A DNA stretch of 64,000 nucleotides from Caldisericia bacterium. Its GTDB lineage: Bacteria > Caldisericota > Caldisericia > UBA6126. Location of the stretch: positions 2,706 to 66,705 of the forward strand of contig JAXGOZ010000006.1 in assembly GCA_040767255.1 (NCBI GenBank). The letters are read 5' to 3'. Position numbers and translations under genes: made by a program. This document shows positions 37,041-47,259 of the stretch, piece after piece (the stretch's first letter is position 1; every line of letters starts with the position of its first letter). A model generated the notes under the pieces. It saw nothing but the letters and a program-made list of their open reading frames with translations. It was not told where the DNA came from and ran no database searches.

Positions 37041-38912
37041 TTAAGGAATCATTTTTTTCTTTTTTAACAACGAAATAAAAATTACAATGTCGGAAGGTTT
37101 CACTCCAGATATTGCATGTAGATCTTTTACCTTTTTAGGTTGAGACTGTTTTAGAGCATCAATACAAGTTTTTGACAAACTATCAAATGAATCAAAATCA
37201 ATATTTTCTGGTAAAGTAAGAGTACCATATTTTTCCATCTGTCTTCTTTCGTTTTTTTCTCGAACAAGATATCCTTCATATTTGCTTTCAATCATGAGTT
37301 CTTCTTTGATGTCTTGTGGATACGATGCAAATTCTTCGGAGAGAAGACTTAACTTCTTTTCGTTCCAATCTGTCCGTTTTAACAATTCAAAAAATGTATA
37401 ACTTTGATGTATTTCTGGTAAGGATTGTTCTTCTAAAAGAGCTAGAGTGTTTTTGCTGGGTGTGATTTTCTGATCATGTAAAAACTGTCTTCCTTTTTCA
37501 AGTATCTCCATTTTTTCTTGAAAATGAATCCACCTAGCGTCTGAAACTAAACCGACTTTTCTACCCAAAGGAGTCATTCTCTGATCCGCATTGTCTTCTC
37601 TGTTTAACATTCGATACTCTACATGCGAGGGAGTGATGCGGTAGGGTTCGTTAAGAGGTTTGTGAATCATATCATCTAGCATTACTCCAATATAGGAACT
37701 ACTTCTATCGAGGATAACTGGCTCTTGGTTTTGAACAGCGAGTGCTGCATTAATCCCCGCAATGATACCTTGAGCAGATGCTTCGTCATACCCAGTACTC
37801 CCGTTTATTTGACCGGCAAAGTAAAGATTTTGAACTTTCTTAGCTTCTAAACTCATTTTTATCTCACTGGTGTGAACCCAGTCATATGCAATTGCGTAGC
37901 CAGGACGGTACAAGCGTACATTTTCAAGACCTTCTATAGTACGTAGAATTTCCAGCTGACAATGGGGATATATACTTATGTTTAATCCTGCTACATACAC
38001 CTCATCAGTGTGGAAACCCTCTTGTTCAAAAAAAAGTGAATGACGATAATTATCAGGGAACCACTGTACCTTTTCTTCAATAGACGGACAAGATTTGGGT
38101 CCTGTTTTAATCATATTACCTGATTTTGAAGGAGAATACTGTAGATATTTTTTCGTAACTTCAATTGTTCTTTCGTTAGTCCATCCAAGGTATGATGAAA
38201 GCTGCCGGTTCCATACTTTTCGTGGGGTAATAAAGGAGAGAGATACAGGATCTTCTTCGCCAGGTTGTTCCTGGAGTACATCGTATCGTATCGTTTTTTT
38301 ATCAATTCTAGGGGTTGTTCCAGTGTTAAACCGTCGAATATCAAATCCGATTTTGCGAAGGTTGTCTGATAAGTCACCTCCTTTTAACTCTCCCCCTCTC
38401 CCTGCTTCATATGAAGTCCATCCAACATGTATACGACCACCAAGATGTGTCCCTGTTGTGAGAATTACTACTTTTCCATAAATTTTCTCGTTGTGAATAT
38501 CGAGTATGCCAATACAGCGGTTGTGGTCTATCAATATATCGTTTACAATAGCTTGATACAGGTGCAAATTTGGTTCTTTTTCTGTGATATATTTCATGGA
38601 TCGGCTATAGGCAGCTTTATCACATTGTACTCTTTTTGAACGTAAGGCTAATCCTCTGGATGTATTTAATATGCGAATTTGTGACAAAGCTCTCTCGGCA
38701 TTTAATGCAATTTCACCACCTAAGGCATCTACTTCAGCAATGATTTGACTTTTTCCACTACCGCCTATGGCTGGATTGCAGGGCATCCAAGCTATTGTAT
38801 CTAGATTGATAGTTGTTAATAGAGTATTGCATCCCATTCTTGCAGCAGCTAAAGCAGCTTCACATCCAGCATGACCTGCTCCAACAACTATGACATCATA
38901 TTGTTCCGGCAT
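37041..38912 (-). CDS. mnmG: tRNA uridine 5-carboxymethylaminomethyl modification enzyme MnmG (GidA)
   Basis: The N-terminus YDVIVVGAGHAGCEAALAAARMG is the FAD-binding motif. At 623 aa, it is highly conserved throughout. Confidence 0.95.
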   Translation of the reverse strand: MPEQYDVIVVGAGHAGCEAALAAARMGCNTLLTTINLDTIAWMPCNPAIGGSGKSQIIAEVDALGGEIALNAERALSQIRILNTSRGLALRSKRVQCDKAAYSRSMKYITEKEPNLHLYQAIVNDILIDHNRCIGILDIHNEKIYGKVVILTTGTHLGGRIHVGWTSYEAGRGGELKGGDLSDNLRKIGFDIRRFNTGTTPRIDKKTIRYDVLQEQPGEEDPVSLSFITPRKVWNRQLSSYLGWTNERTIEVTKKYLQYSPSKSGNMIKTGPKSCPSIEEKVQWFPDNYRHSLFFEQEGFHTDEVYVAGLNISIYPHCQLEILRTIEGLENVRLYRPGYAIAYDWVHTSEIKMSLEAKKVQNLYFAGQINGSTGYDEASAQGIIAGINAALAVQNQEPVILDRSSSYIGVMLDDMIHKPLNEPYRITPSHVEYRMLNREDNADQRMTPLGRKVGLVSDARWIHFQEKMEILEKGRQFLHDQKITPSKNTLALLEEQSLPEIHQSYTFFELLKRTDWNEKKLSLLSEEFASYPQDIKEELMIESKYEGYLVREKNERRQMEKYGTLTLPENIDFDSFDSLSKTCIDALKQSQPKKVKDLHAISGVKPSDIVIFISLLKKKKMIP

Positions 38913-38913
38913 T

Positions 38914-40395
38914 TTAATCTCCTAGTACTTCGTTGCCATCAAAAAATACTTTGTATGGCTGTATGGATAATAAATCTTCTTTGGGTATTGTAAAAAGATC
39001 TTTTTTTAAGACAAAAAAATCTGCTTTGTACCCTTTTTTTAACTGCCCCAACAATTTCTCTTGGAAAACTTGTCGGGCTCCAGCAATAGTATAAGCATAA
39101 AAGGCTTTTTTTCGAGACATGAAGTTTTCCGCATGCCATAAATTATGAAAAGGATTTTCTGATTCGACAGGCGAATCCGTTGAAAGTGAAAACAGAAGAT
39201 TCTGCAATGCAATTTTTTCGTAGGGATAACCAACTTTGTGAAGGAAATCACAGTCTAATAGTTTAGTAACGGTTTGAAGATCCGATTGGTAAAAACAAGG
39301 TTGTATGCTGATTTCAAGCTGTGCGTCTTTTAACTGTTGTATCTGTTCATGGGAAGCAAACTGTGCATGAACGATGCGGTGACGTAATTCTCGATGTAAG
39401 TTGGAGTCAAAACTTTCTAATACTTTTTTTAATGCCCAATCTCCTATCGTATGAATGCAAACTTGAAGCTGTGAGACATTTGCACATTCAATAATCGTTT
39501 TTAACTCAACCACTGAATAATATTGAACTCCATTTTTTCCAGTATCTTTGTATGGCTTAGACAAGTATGCTGTTCGACCCCCTATCGAACCATCCATATA
39601 TAGTTTAATCATTGAACTGACATCAATATTCTTTGGGGAAGCTTTCTGAATCGATTCTTTTAAAGGAATCCATTCTGTTAACTCTGAAAGATTTTGGATC
39701 GATACTTTCTCAAACAATCTACAAGGAAGTTCTACTGAGTTGTGGATAATAAATCTTTGTAAGCGCTCTGGATTCCAGTCTTCACTATGAACTGTAGTTA
39801 CTCCATGCTTTTGGTATCTTTTTGCACCTTCAACAAGACACTCTTTTTCAAACAAAAGATTCTGAGAACGTTTTTCTTTTAAAAGAAGTAGTGCATTTTC
39901 ACAGATAATTCCTTCTTGAATTGAGGTTTCATCTTTTCCATCCAGAGTTGCTAAATTGTATTGATGAATAGCAGCACTATTTACAGTTGCTATATGGCCG
40001 CATTTTCGAATCAATAGGATAGGCTTATCACTATATGAGTCCAAGATCTTTCTTGTAGGAACAAAGCCAAGTATTTCCTCATCCCAGCCTCTAAGTGAAA
40101 CTCCACTTTGTTTTTGAAGCTGATGAGAAATGATTTGTTTTAATTCTTGGGAAGATTGAACTCCAATTAAAGAAGGTGAAAGGTACTTTTCTCCTGTTCC
40201 TATTAAGTGACAATGACTATCAATAAATCCTGGGTATAGAAAAAAACCATCCCCTTTTATTTTGAACTCATAGTTTTGGGGCTGTAAAATTCCCCAAGGT
40301 TCACAATCTTCAATTCCTGTTTCTGAAAATCGTATATCCATGTCTTCATAGCAAGCATTTTGAGGATTGTAGATTTTTGCTCCGTAAATCAACAT
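38914..40395 (-). CDS. Amidohydrolase-family (metal-dependent hydrolase, Amidohydro_3-like) protein
   Basis: The HxH metal motif GFIDSHCHLIG is near the N-terminus. It is 493 aa. The stop abuts the mnmG start. Confidence 0.7.
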   Translation of the reverse strand: MLIYGAKIYNPQNACYEDMDIRFSETGIEDCEPWGILQPQNYEFKIKGDGFFLYPGFIDSHCHLIGTGEKYLSPSLIGVQSSQELKQIISHQLQKQSGVSLRGWDEEILGFVPTRKILDSYSDKPILLIRKCGHIATVNSAAIHQYNLATLDGKDETSIQEGIICENALLLLKEKRSQNLLFEKECLVEGAKRYQKHGVTTVHSEDWNPERLQRFIIHNSVELPCRLFEKVSIQNLSELTEWIPLKESIQKASPKNIDVSSMIKLYMDGSIGGRTAYLSKPYKDTGKNGVQYYSVVELKTIIECANVSQLQVCIHTIGDWALKKVLESFDSNLHRELRHRIVHAQFASHEQIQQLKDAQLEISIQPCFYQSDLQTVTKLLDCDFLHKVGYPYEKIALQNLLFSLSTDSPVESENPFHNLWHAENFMSRKKAFYAYTIAGARQVFQEKLLGQLKKGYKADFFVLKKDLFTIPKEDLLSIQPYKVFFDGNEVLGD

Positions 40396-40465
40396 ATTTT
40401 CGCCTTTTGTATCAAAAATTGTAATATAGTGTGTACAGTCACTAAAATTAATATGATGAACAAAA

Positions 40466-40873
40466 ATGAAAAGTAAACAACTTCGGTCGATTATTTTACA
40501 AGGCGAATGCGATTGTGTTGAATTTAAAGAAATACCTTGCGATGGTATGTATAAAACAATTTGTGCATTTTTAAATACTCGCGGTGGATTTGTTTTGGTT
40601 GGGATTTCAGATCATGGAGATGTTGTTGGCTTTAAACCCTCTATAGAAGATCTTGATGAATTCCAAACTACAACACAACAATGGAATTCTGTTTGTTTAA
40701 CAGAAGAGATTGTCCAAATTGAATCACGGTCAATATGGCTTATTGCTGTCCGATCATTGCCCATTGCCATATTGACCAAGCAGATGGCTACGTGGAATGG
40801 AGAAGCGTATATCCGATTGGGTAGCTCTACCCAAAAAGCGAGAAATTGTTTACATATAAGGATGCCAATATGA
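40466..40873 (+). CDS. AlbA_2 (Schlafen/AlbA-like divergent AAA) domain protein, stand-alone, 135 aa
   Basis: …ECDCVEFKEIPCDGMYKTICAFLNTRGGFVLVGISDHGDVVGF… matches the ExxxEFK…AFANTxGGxLxxGV core of AlbA_2 domains. Confidence 0.6.
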   Translation: MKSKQLRSIILQGECDCVEFKEIPCDGMYKTICAFLNTRGGFVLVGISDHGDVVGFKPSIEDLDEFQTTTQQWNSVCLTEEIVQIESRSIWLIAVRSLPIAILTKQMATWNGEAYIRLGSSTQKARNCLHIRMPI

Positions 40874-42117
40874 TCAAAGAATTTTACGAGAAGAGTATCA
40901 AAGACCAAAACATTAAATTCAAAAATGACAAAATTGTCTCCGATTATTTGCGATCTGAAGACGTAACTGGGTTGCGTCTTTATGTAACGGGGCTTCTTGG
41001 AGTCGCTGGTACTGCAGAAAAAGAATACTCCTTGGTTCAATTAGAAAAAAAAGCACTTCAAAATGCTAAAAGCACACCTTATTCTTTAGATTGTACGGGG
41101 GGGCTTCAGCAAAAAATAATCTATAATTATGAAATTTCCAGTGAAAAGGATTACAAGGAAGCCATGGTTTTTTTTGTCGAGGAATTGAAAACAAGACTTC
41201 CCAATTGTGTTTTCCATGGCCAAATGAGCCTAATTGATCGACAAGAATCTCTTACAAATGAAATGAACCTGAAACTTCGCTACAAAGATCATTATATCAT
41301 GATTAATATGTATTTTACTCATCAAGATTCTCCTATACCAGTTCCCTTCTTCTATAGAGGGAGAAGGTTTTCTCGTGATGTTTTTGCAGATGCAGTAAAG
41401 CTTATGGGAGATGCATGGGCAAAGGAAGTAAAGATCAAAGATGAACCAGATATGCCCGTTATCTTTTCTTGTGCCAATCGATCCCCTTTTACAGATTTGT
41501 TTCATCATTTACATGGAGAAAGAGTAGGAAATGGTACTTCTAGATTTAGTGGTAAGCTTAATCATTTATTGTTTCATCCCACCTTTACACTTTATTCATC
41601 CCACGATATTGAAAACTTGATTACTCCTTTTTTTGATATGGAAGGAACAGTATTGCGATTGGAAGAAAACCCTTTAGCACCTTTTCGGTGTCCTTTGATC
41701 AAAGAAGGCGTACTCGTCGCACCTTATACCGACAAAAGAACAGCGAAACAATATCAGCTACCATTAACTTCCAATGCTGTAGGAGCCTACAATCGAGTTC
41801 CATTTCCGGGAATAGCTCATTTTCAACTCCATCAAACCCATGAAACGTTGATCGATGTACTTCAAGGAAATCTTGGCATTCTGGTAGTGAACGTAAAAGA
41901 GATTCACCACTCCAAATCCGGGGATTTTTCCTGTTTCACAAAAGTGGCCTATTTAACTGATGGAGAAAACTTGTTAGGTCGTGTTCCACCCTTACATATT
42001 CAAACGAATACGATGAATATGTTTGGTGATGAATATATGGGTTGTTCTAAACACCCCTTGCACCCACTTTTTTGTAATGAAGCTTTTGCTTCGAAAGCAA
42101 ATATTTCGATCGTGTAG
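40870..42117 (+). CDS. TldD/PmbA (peptidase U62) family protein
   Basis: The C-terminal signature …SKSGDFSCFTKVAYLTDGENLLGRVPPLHIQTNTMNMFGD… matches the TGDFS…GxxIENGE…N…M motif. ATG at 40870 overlaps the upstream stop (ATGA), with AAGGAT upstream. Confidence 0.7.
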   Translation: MIKEFYEKSIKDQNIKFKNDKIVSDYLRSEDVTGLRLYVTGLLGVAGTAEKEYSLVQLEKKALQNAKSTPYSLDCTGGLQQKIIYNYEISSEKDYKEAMVFFVEELKTRLPNCVFHGQMSLIDRQESLTNEMNLKLRYKDHYIMINMYFTHQDSPIPVPFFYRGRRFSRDVFADAVKLMGDAWAKEVKIKDEPDMPVIFSCANRSPFTDLFHHLHGERVGNGTSRFSGKLNHLLFHPTFTLYSSHDIENLITPFFDMEGTVLRLEENPLAPFRCPLIKEGVLVAPYTDKRTAKQYQLPLTSNAVGAYNRVPFPGIAHFQLHQTHETLIDVLQGNLGILVVNVKEIHHSKSGDFSCFTKVAYLTDGENLLGRVPPLHIQTNTMNMFGDEYMGCSKHPLHPLFCNEAFASKANISIV

Positions 42118-42128
42118 GAGGATATAGT

Positions 42129-42881
42129 ATGCATGATGCAATTGCTCGCGATTTTCAATCAATTCTTAAACTAGACACTGCACCAGTTGGTGTTCGGTTT
42201 TTACAATCCAAAGAAGACGTAAAGACAGGCAGTACTTCAAAAAAGCTTAATTTTTGTCAACTAGTTGCCAATGCTCGATACCAAAAAAGGTCTTCCTGTG
42301 GTTATCCTGAAAAAATGGTATGCTCTTTAGGTGCAGCAGCACTTGGATTAATAAAAACTCCTCAACAATTTATTGACGGTACTGCAGCTGTTGGAAAATA
42401 TACAAAAGATACCAATGCTGGAATCCACTTTTTTCAAAATACCTATAAACTGGGTGACCAAAAAAGGATTTATAGAGCCATTGAAGTGGGACCGTTGGAA
42501 TCTTTTTCATCGCTCGATGTATTTGTAGTGTATGCGAATCCAGCACAAATGTTGGGCTTAATTCATGCAAATTCTTATATAGATGGTAGAAAAACATCCG
42601 GAGACACTGTAGCAGAAGGAGCCCTTTGTTCTGCAACTGCATTTGCGATGGGAGAACAACGTCCAATCGTTGGTTTTCCCTGTGCCGGTGATAGACGATT
42701 TGCAAATACTCAACACGGTGAATTGCTATTTGCTGCACCAGTAAAAGACCTGCAGAGAATTCACGAATCTCTACTTGAACTCAATCGTATTGGTCCCATA
42801 TATCCCATTCCTCCTCAAGTAGATTTTGAAAGCTTAATGCCCGTAACCTACACAATAAAGGAGTCTGATTTAGAAGAATGA
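42129..42881 (+). CDS. DUF169-like (COG2043, uncharacterised ArCR) protein
   Basis: The N-terminus …ILKLDTAPVGVRFLQ… resembles the conserved start of DUF169 proteins. It is ~250 aa. AGGAGG lies upstream of the ATG. Confidence 0.5.
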   Translation: MHDAIARDFQSILKLDTAPVGVRFLQSKEDVKTGSTSKKLNFCQLVANARYQKRSSCGYPEKMVCSLGAAALGLIKTPQQFIDGTAAVGKYTKDTNAGIHFFQNTYKLGDQKRIYRAIEVGPLESFSSLDVFVVYANPAQMLGLIHANSYIDGRKTSGDTVAEGALCSATAFAMGEQRPIVGFPCAGDRRFANTQHGELLFAAPVKDLQRIHESLLELNRIGPIYPIPPQVDFESLMPVTYTIKESDLEE

Positions 42882-43450
42882 TGAACTTTCTTTTTTGTTT
42901 TTTTCTTTTAAGTGGCCTTTGGTTTGGCATTTTGGCATTTTCAAGGTCGGTTTATTTCAGAATCATGAAATCGAGAACTTTTTTTTCAGTCATTTTGGTG
43001 ATTTTAGGGGTCCATGTTATCTCAGTATTCTATTCACAGAAGATTCAGTTTCAGATGTGGCACGCAGGAATTATTCTACTATCTACCGTCCTGTATGCTT
43101 TTATCATGTGGATTGTTCGCAATGAGATTTTTATAAGTGGGGTATCAGAAGAAGAGTTTCGAGATGATCTAGTTGTTTTTTTAAAAGAAAAACAAATTCC
43201 CTTTTCTTTTTCAGATCAATCTTGCTTACCGTTCATTTGTTCCAAAGAATCACCAAAGATATTCTATATTTATGCGATTAAAACAGCTTTTATTCGAGTG
43301 AAATCTTATGCTTTATTGAAAGAGTTGCATAAACACTTTATTTCTTGTTTACAGCGGCAAAAAACGAGAGTGATATCCTATGAAAAATATCTATATGGAG
43401 CTGTTTGCTTCTTGCTGCTTCTTTCTACGCTACGGTTTATTCCTTTTTAG
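42878..43450 (+). CDS. Small integral membrane protein, uncharacterised
   Basis: ATG overlaps the upstream stop (ATGA). There are 3-4 predicted TM helices, an acidic middle segment, and no recognised domain. Confidence 0.5.
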   Translation: MMNFLFCFFLLSGLWFGILAFSRSVYFRIMKSRTFFSVILVILGVHVISVFYSQKIQFQMWHAGIILLSTVLYAFIMWIVRNEIFISGVSEEEFRDDLVVFLKEKQIPFSFSDQSCLPFICSKESPKIFYIYAIKTAFIRVKSYALLKELHKHFISCLQRQKTRVISYEKYLYGAVCFLLLLSTLRFIPF

Positions 43451-43464
43451 AAGGGTGGTTTCGC

Positions 43465-43911
43465 ATGTTTAGCTGTTCTTTTTGGGTTGCAGTAATTGCA
43501 AATGTATGTGCTCAAGGACTTAAACCAATTATCGAGAGAATTCAAAATGGTAAATGGGATATCTCCCTGCTTTTTGTAAATGGTAAATTTCCAAGTTCTC
43601 ATACCGCTACGGTGACTGCTCTTACAATGCGAATTGCCATTGACTGCGGTTTATCTTCACCCTTCTTTGCGATCAGTTTTATTCTAAGTTCAATAGTTGT
43701 AGCGGATGCCACGGGAGTTCGTCAAGAAGTTGGAAAACACGCTAAGTTCATTAATGATCATATCTTAAATCGAAAACCAAATGAACCATTCATCCATTTT
43801 CCACTTAAGGAGCTGATAGGACATAATATGGTAGAGGTTTTTGGAGGTTTTATCTTGGGAGTTATAATAGTTCTGATATCTCTTGCTCTTTGTAAGCCAT
43901 GCTGTCATTGA
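43465..43911 (+). CDS. Divergent PAP2 / DUF212 (YuiD-like) membrane protein
   Basis: KFPSSHTATVTALT matches the conserved PSSHSA motif of DUF212. It is ~148 aa from ATG 43465. The ORF track's upstream start at 43405 would overlap the previous gene. Confidence 0.7.
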   Translation: MFSCSFWVAVIANVCAQGLKPIIERIQNGKWDISLLFVNGKFPSSHTATVTALTMRIAIDCGLSSPFFAISFILSSIVVADATGVRQEVGKHAKFINDHILNRKPNEPFIHFPLKELIGHNMVEVFGGFILGVIIVLISLALCKPCCH

Positions 43912-45625
43912 CAGAAGGGATATTGAAGAATATTGCAAAGCTACCATTTAGCTCATTAGACACTTCGTATCCGATTGGATGCGTGTTCAATATTTGTTTA
44001 ACAACCCATATTTCCTTATCTAGAAGAGACATGACAAATGCCTTGCTATCTGACACGGTTTCCTCCATGGGTGAGATACGCAATACAAATAATATACTAT
44101 TCCGACTCGGGGAAGTGTTGAAGCTAATCTGCTTCGGTATCCATTTTTCAAGAATAGCTTCAAGAAGAGCAATGAAAGCAAACTCAACTTTATTCTTATC
44201 TATATACGCATCAGGAATGGTTTTTTGTAGGTGATGTATGATATTACCATAATCACTGAATGCTATAGTAATTTTGTTTAAAAGATCATTCAGCGAACAA
44301 TTCTTATAGGTGTAAGTTGAATGTTGTTGTAGTACGCAAAATCCTTCCATAATTTTACATCTTCGCAATATAGAGACCAGCAACTCAGAATTATCTCTGA
44401 ATCTAGTCAGATCTTGAGATGATACAATCTGAGCATTCCAAAAAGTATCAATTTGAGCAGATGTTTTTTCCATTATTGCGTAGAACCAATGATTGTGTGT
44501 TTCATTTTGATCCTTAGTTTGCTGTGCATATTCAGCAATACGGATTAAAAAACCATCTCTTTTATCTGGATTGAATACTATTGGAAGGATTTTTTCTCGT
44601 TCGTGGATATAGGTACCGCTGGAGTCAATGTAGTCATTTTCTTTGAAATATGTAAATCCAAGCTTGGTATAGGGTAGAGCGTCTTCTCTGCGATGAAGTT
44701 GATATTCTATCGAAAGATCTTCAGAAGATCTGCTAAGGACATCAGAAGAATCTAGTTGAACTCTTTTTAGGAAGCTTGGATTGGCATAAAATATTGTCCC
44801 TTGGGCGTTTGTAATCAGTATTGAACTTGCACTTTTGTCTAAAACAGATTGAAGAAGAAACGATTTTAACTTTATGGATTCAATTTCACTATTTTCTTGA
44901 AACACATAGAGCAAAGCGTGTTTTGTTTTTTGGATTTTCCCAACGCAATGCATTGCCAGTGAGCATGGTAGAAAATCTTCTGAAAATGTTTTCAGGGTAA
45001 CCTGTATATTGTGTAAACTCGAATTCTTTGCTATACACCTATGAGATCGGGCACGGATCTCGTGAATTTGTTTTGAAGGTAGAAAGTCAAGTAGAGATAG
45101 TCCAAACATTGATTGCTGATTATTCTGGGTTAAACTACAGGCCCTAGCATTGGCCAAGTAAATTTTGAAATCTTCATCACATAAAAAGATAGGCTGACGA
45201 AAGTGATGAAAAAGAGATTCCCAATAGGTAATACTTTGAGCCGAACGATATCGAGAAATCTGAAAGAATATCTCAATAAAGCTTGGTAATTGGTCAAGTT
45301 GATTGTATGAGATTACAAAATCACAACCAGCCTTGATATATGATTCTGTTTTTGCAGAATGCATTTCTTTTTCAACAACAAGAATGCAAGATTGGTTTAA
45401 AAGAATTTGCTGACGTAACTGACGAATCTGTTCAAGGAAATGGCTTGTGTTGTGATGAGGGAAAATAAGGATTACATTGGGGTGCTCTTTCTCGATAAGT
45501 TTTTTGTTAATGTCGGGTGAAAGAATCGTTTTCGCTGTGTGTTGAGCCAACGCAGAGAAAAGAATATCTTGATCGCTTTTCTTGCTATGAATAATGGCAA
45601 TAGTGGGTATTTCTATACCGGTCAT
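43862..45625 (-). CDS. PAS-domain regulatory protein with an N-terminal pseudo-receiver domain (no phospho-acceptor Asp) and a degenerate C-terminal ATPase-like domain
   Basis: The N-terminal ~120 aa have a receiver-like fold pattern but …NVILIFPHHN… lacks the conserved Asp. Two PAS-like segments follow (…IYLANARACSL… and …ILITNAQGTIFYANPSF…). The start abuts the ALDH stop. Confidence 0.55.
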   Translation of the reverse strand: MTGIEIPTIAIIHSKKSDQDILFSALAQHTAKTILSPDINKKLIEKEHPNVILIFPHHNTSHFLEQIRQLRQQILLNQSCILVVEKEMHSAKTESYIKAGCDFVISYNQLDQLPSFIEIFFQISRYRSAQSITYWESLFHHFRQPIFLCDEDFKIYLANARACSLTQNNQQSMFGLSLLDFLPSKQIHEIRARSHRCIAKNSSLHNIQVTLKTFSEDFLPCSLAMHCVGKIQKTKHALLYVFQENSEIESIKLKSFLLQSVLDKSASSILITNAQGTIFYANPSFLKRVQLDSSDVLSRSSEDLSIEYQLHRREDALPYTKLGFTYFKENDYIDSSGTYIHEREKILPIVFNPDKRDGFLIRIAEYAQQTKDQNETHNHWFYAIMEKTSAQIDTFWNAQIVSSQDLTRFRDNSELLVSILRRCKIMEGFCVLQQHSTYTYKNCSLNDLLNKITIAFSDYGNIIHHLQKTIPDAYIDKNKVEFAFIALLEAILEKWIPKQISFNTSPSRNSILFVLRISPMEETVSDSKAFVMSLLDKEIWVVKQILNTHPIGYEVSNELNGSFAIFFNIPSVNDSMAYKEQEISELL

Positions 45626-47170
45626 TTATTGCAAATCTTTAATATGAAATTGAATTCCTTGTGCAAGAGGTAACTCTTTTCCATAATTGATTGTGTTTGT
45701 TTGTCTTCGCATATAGGCCTTCCAAGCGTCAGAACCTGATTCTCTACCACCTCCGGTTTCTTTTTCACCACCAAATGCGCCACCAATTTCTGCACCACTT
45801 GTCCCGATATTCACGTTTGCAATACCACAATCTGAACCCTGATGGGATATAAATAGCTCTGCAGTCTGAAGATTGTTTGTAAAAATGGATGAACTTAATC
45901 CTTGTGGGACATCGTTGTGGAGTTTAATGGCATCGTCAAATGAATCATATGCCATAATATAGAGGAGCGGTGCAAAGGTTTCATTTTGAACCGTGGGGAT
46001 GTTTCCGGGAACATCGGCTATGCATGGAGTAACATACGAGCCACCTAGATTTTCATCAATGGTAATACGCTCTCCGCCGTATAGAATGGTACTTCCTTCT
46101 TTTTTGGATTGTTCAATGGCATGCTCCATTTGTTTGATTGCCTGTTCATCGATTAAAGGTCCCATATTCACCGATGGATGAAGTGGATTGCCAATTTTTA
46201 TCTGTTTGTATGCGTTGATAAGGGATTGTAGAAACTGATTTTTAACTGTTTTATGGATGATGATTCTTCTTGTGGAGGTGCATCGTTGACCTGCAGTTCC
46301 TACTGCGCCAAAAAGTGAAGCATGCAGGGCCAGCCCTAAATCAGCGTCTGGGGTAATGATAATTGCGTTGTTACCACCAAGTTCAAGAATTGTTTTTCCT
46401 AATCGATTCCCAACTACTTCTCCAATTCGTTTCCCCATCCTTGTGCTTCCAGTTGCACTAATCAAAGGAAGGCGATGATCATGAATCATTGCTTCGCCTA
46501 TGTTTGAACCAGAGCCAATAACAAGAGTGCTGATGCCGGGCAGGTTGTGTTTGGAAAAAACAGTGTTCACAATATTTTGGATCGCTATTGCGCACAGAGG
46601 TGTTTTTGAGCTTGGTTTCCATATGCAGGTATCCCCACAAACAAAGGCAATCAAAGCATTCCAAGACCAAACTGCTACGGGGAAGTTAAACGAAGTAATG
46701 ATCCCTATAGATCCATATGGATGGTACTGGTCGTACATTCGATGTAAAGGTCTTTCACTGTGCATTGTTGATCCATACAACATGCGACTTTGCCCTACCG
46801 CAAAATCTGCAATATCAATCATTTCTTGCACTTCACCGAGACCTTCTTGAAGTATTTTACCCATTTCAATTGAGATTAACGTACCTAGTGGTTGTTTGTA
46901 TTTGCGAAGTTCATTGCCGATGTCTCGGACGATTAAGCCTCTTTGAGGAGCCGGAATCATACGCCATTGGAGAAATGCTTTTTGTGCTTTTTCCACAACA
47001 AGAGAATAATCCTCGGTTGTGGCTTGAATAACAGATGCTAAAGGTTGTCCATCAATGGGGGAATAGCTTGTGATTTTTTCTCCATTTGTTTTGATCCATT
47101 GGTTGTTAAGACCTACGCATGCTCCATAATTCACATCTTCAATACCCAATTCTTTGAGTACTTCCTTCAT
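45626..47170 (-). CDS. ALDH7-family aldehyde dehydrogenase (alpha-aminoadipic semialdehyde / piperideine-6-carboxylate dehydrogenase-like)
   Basis: The catalytic segments LELGGNNAIIITPDADL and FGAVGTAGQRCTSTRR and the C-terminal SGAEIGGAFGGEKETGGGRESGSDAWKAYMRRQTNTINYGKELPLAQGIQF closely match antiquitin-type ALDH7. Confidence 0.85.
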   Translation of the reverse strand: MKEVLKELGIEDVNYGACVGLNNQWIKTNGEKITSYSPIDGQPLASVIQATTEDYSLVVEKAQKAFLQWRMIPAPQRGLIVRDIGNELRKYKQPLGTLISIEMGKILQEGLGEVQEMIDIADFAVGQSRMLYGSTMHSERPLHRMYDQYHPYGSIGIITSFNFPVAVWSWNALIAFVCGDTCIWKPSSKTPLCAIAIQNIVNTVFSKHNLPGISTLVIGSGSNIGEAMIHDHRLPLISATGSTRMGKRIGEVVGNRLGKTILELGGNNAIIITPDADLGLALHASLFGAVGTAGQRCTSTRRIIIHKTVKNQFLQSLINAYKQIKIGNPLHPSVNMGPLIDEQAIKQMEHAIEQSKKEGSTILYGGERITIDENLGGSYVTPCIADVPGNIPTVQNETFAPLLYIMAYDSFDDAIKLHNDVPQGLSSSIFTNNLQTAELFISHQGSDCGIANVNIGTSGAEIGGAFGGEKETGGGRESGSDAWKAYMRRQTNTINYGKELPLAQGIQFHIKDLQ

Positions 47171-47259
47171 ATGATCCTCCTAACAACGTGATTAGCATTT
47201 TAGTGGGCACACTTTACATAATATCACAAAAACAATGGAATTTTTACAAAAGAAGAGAT

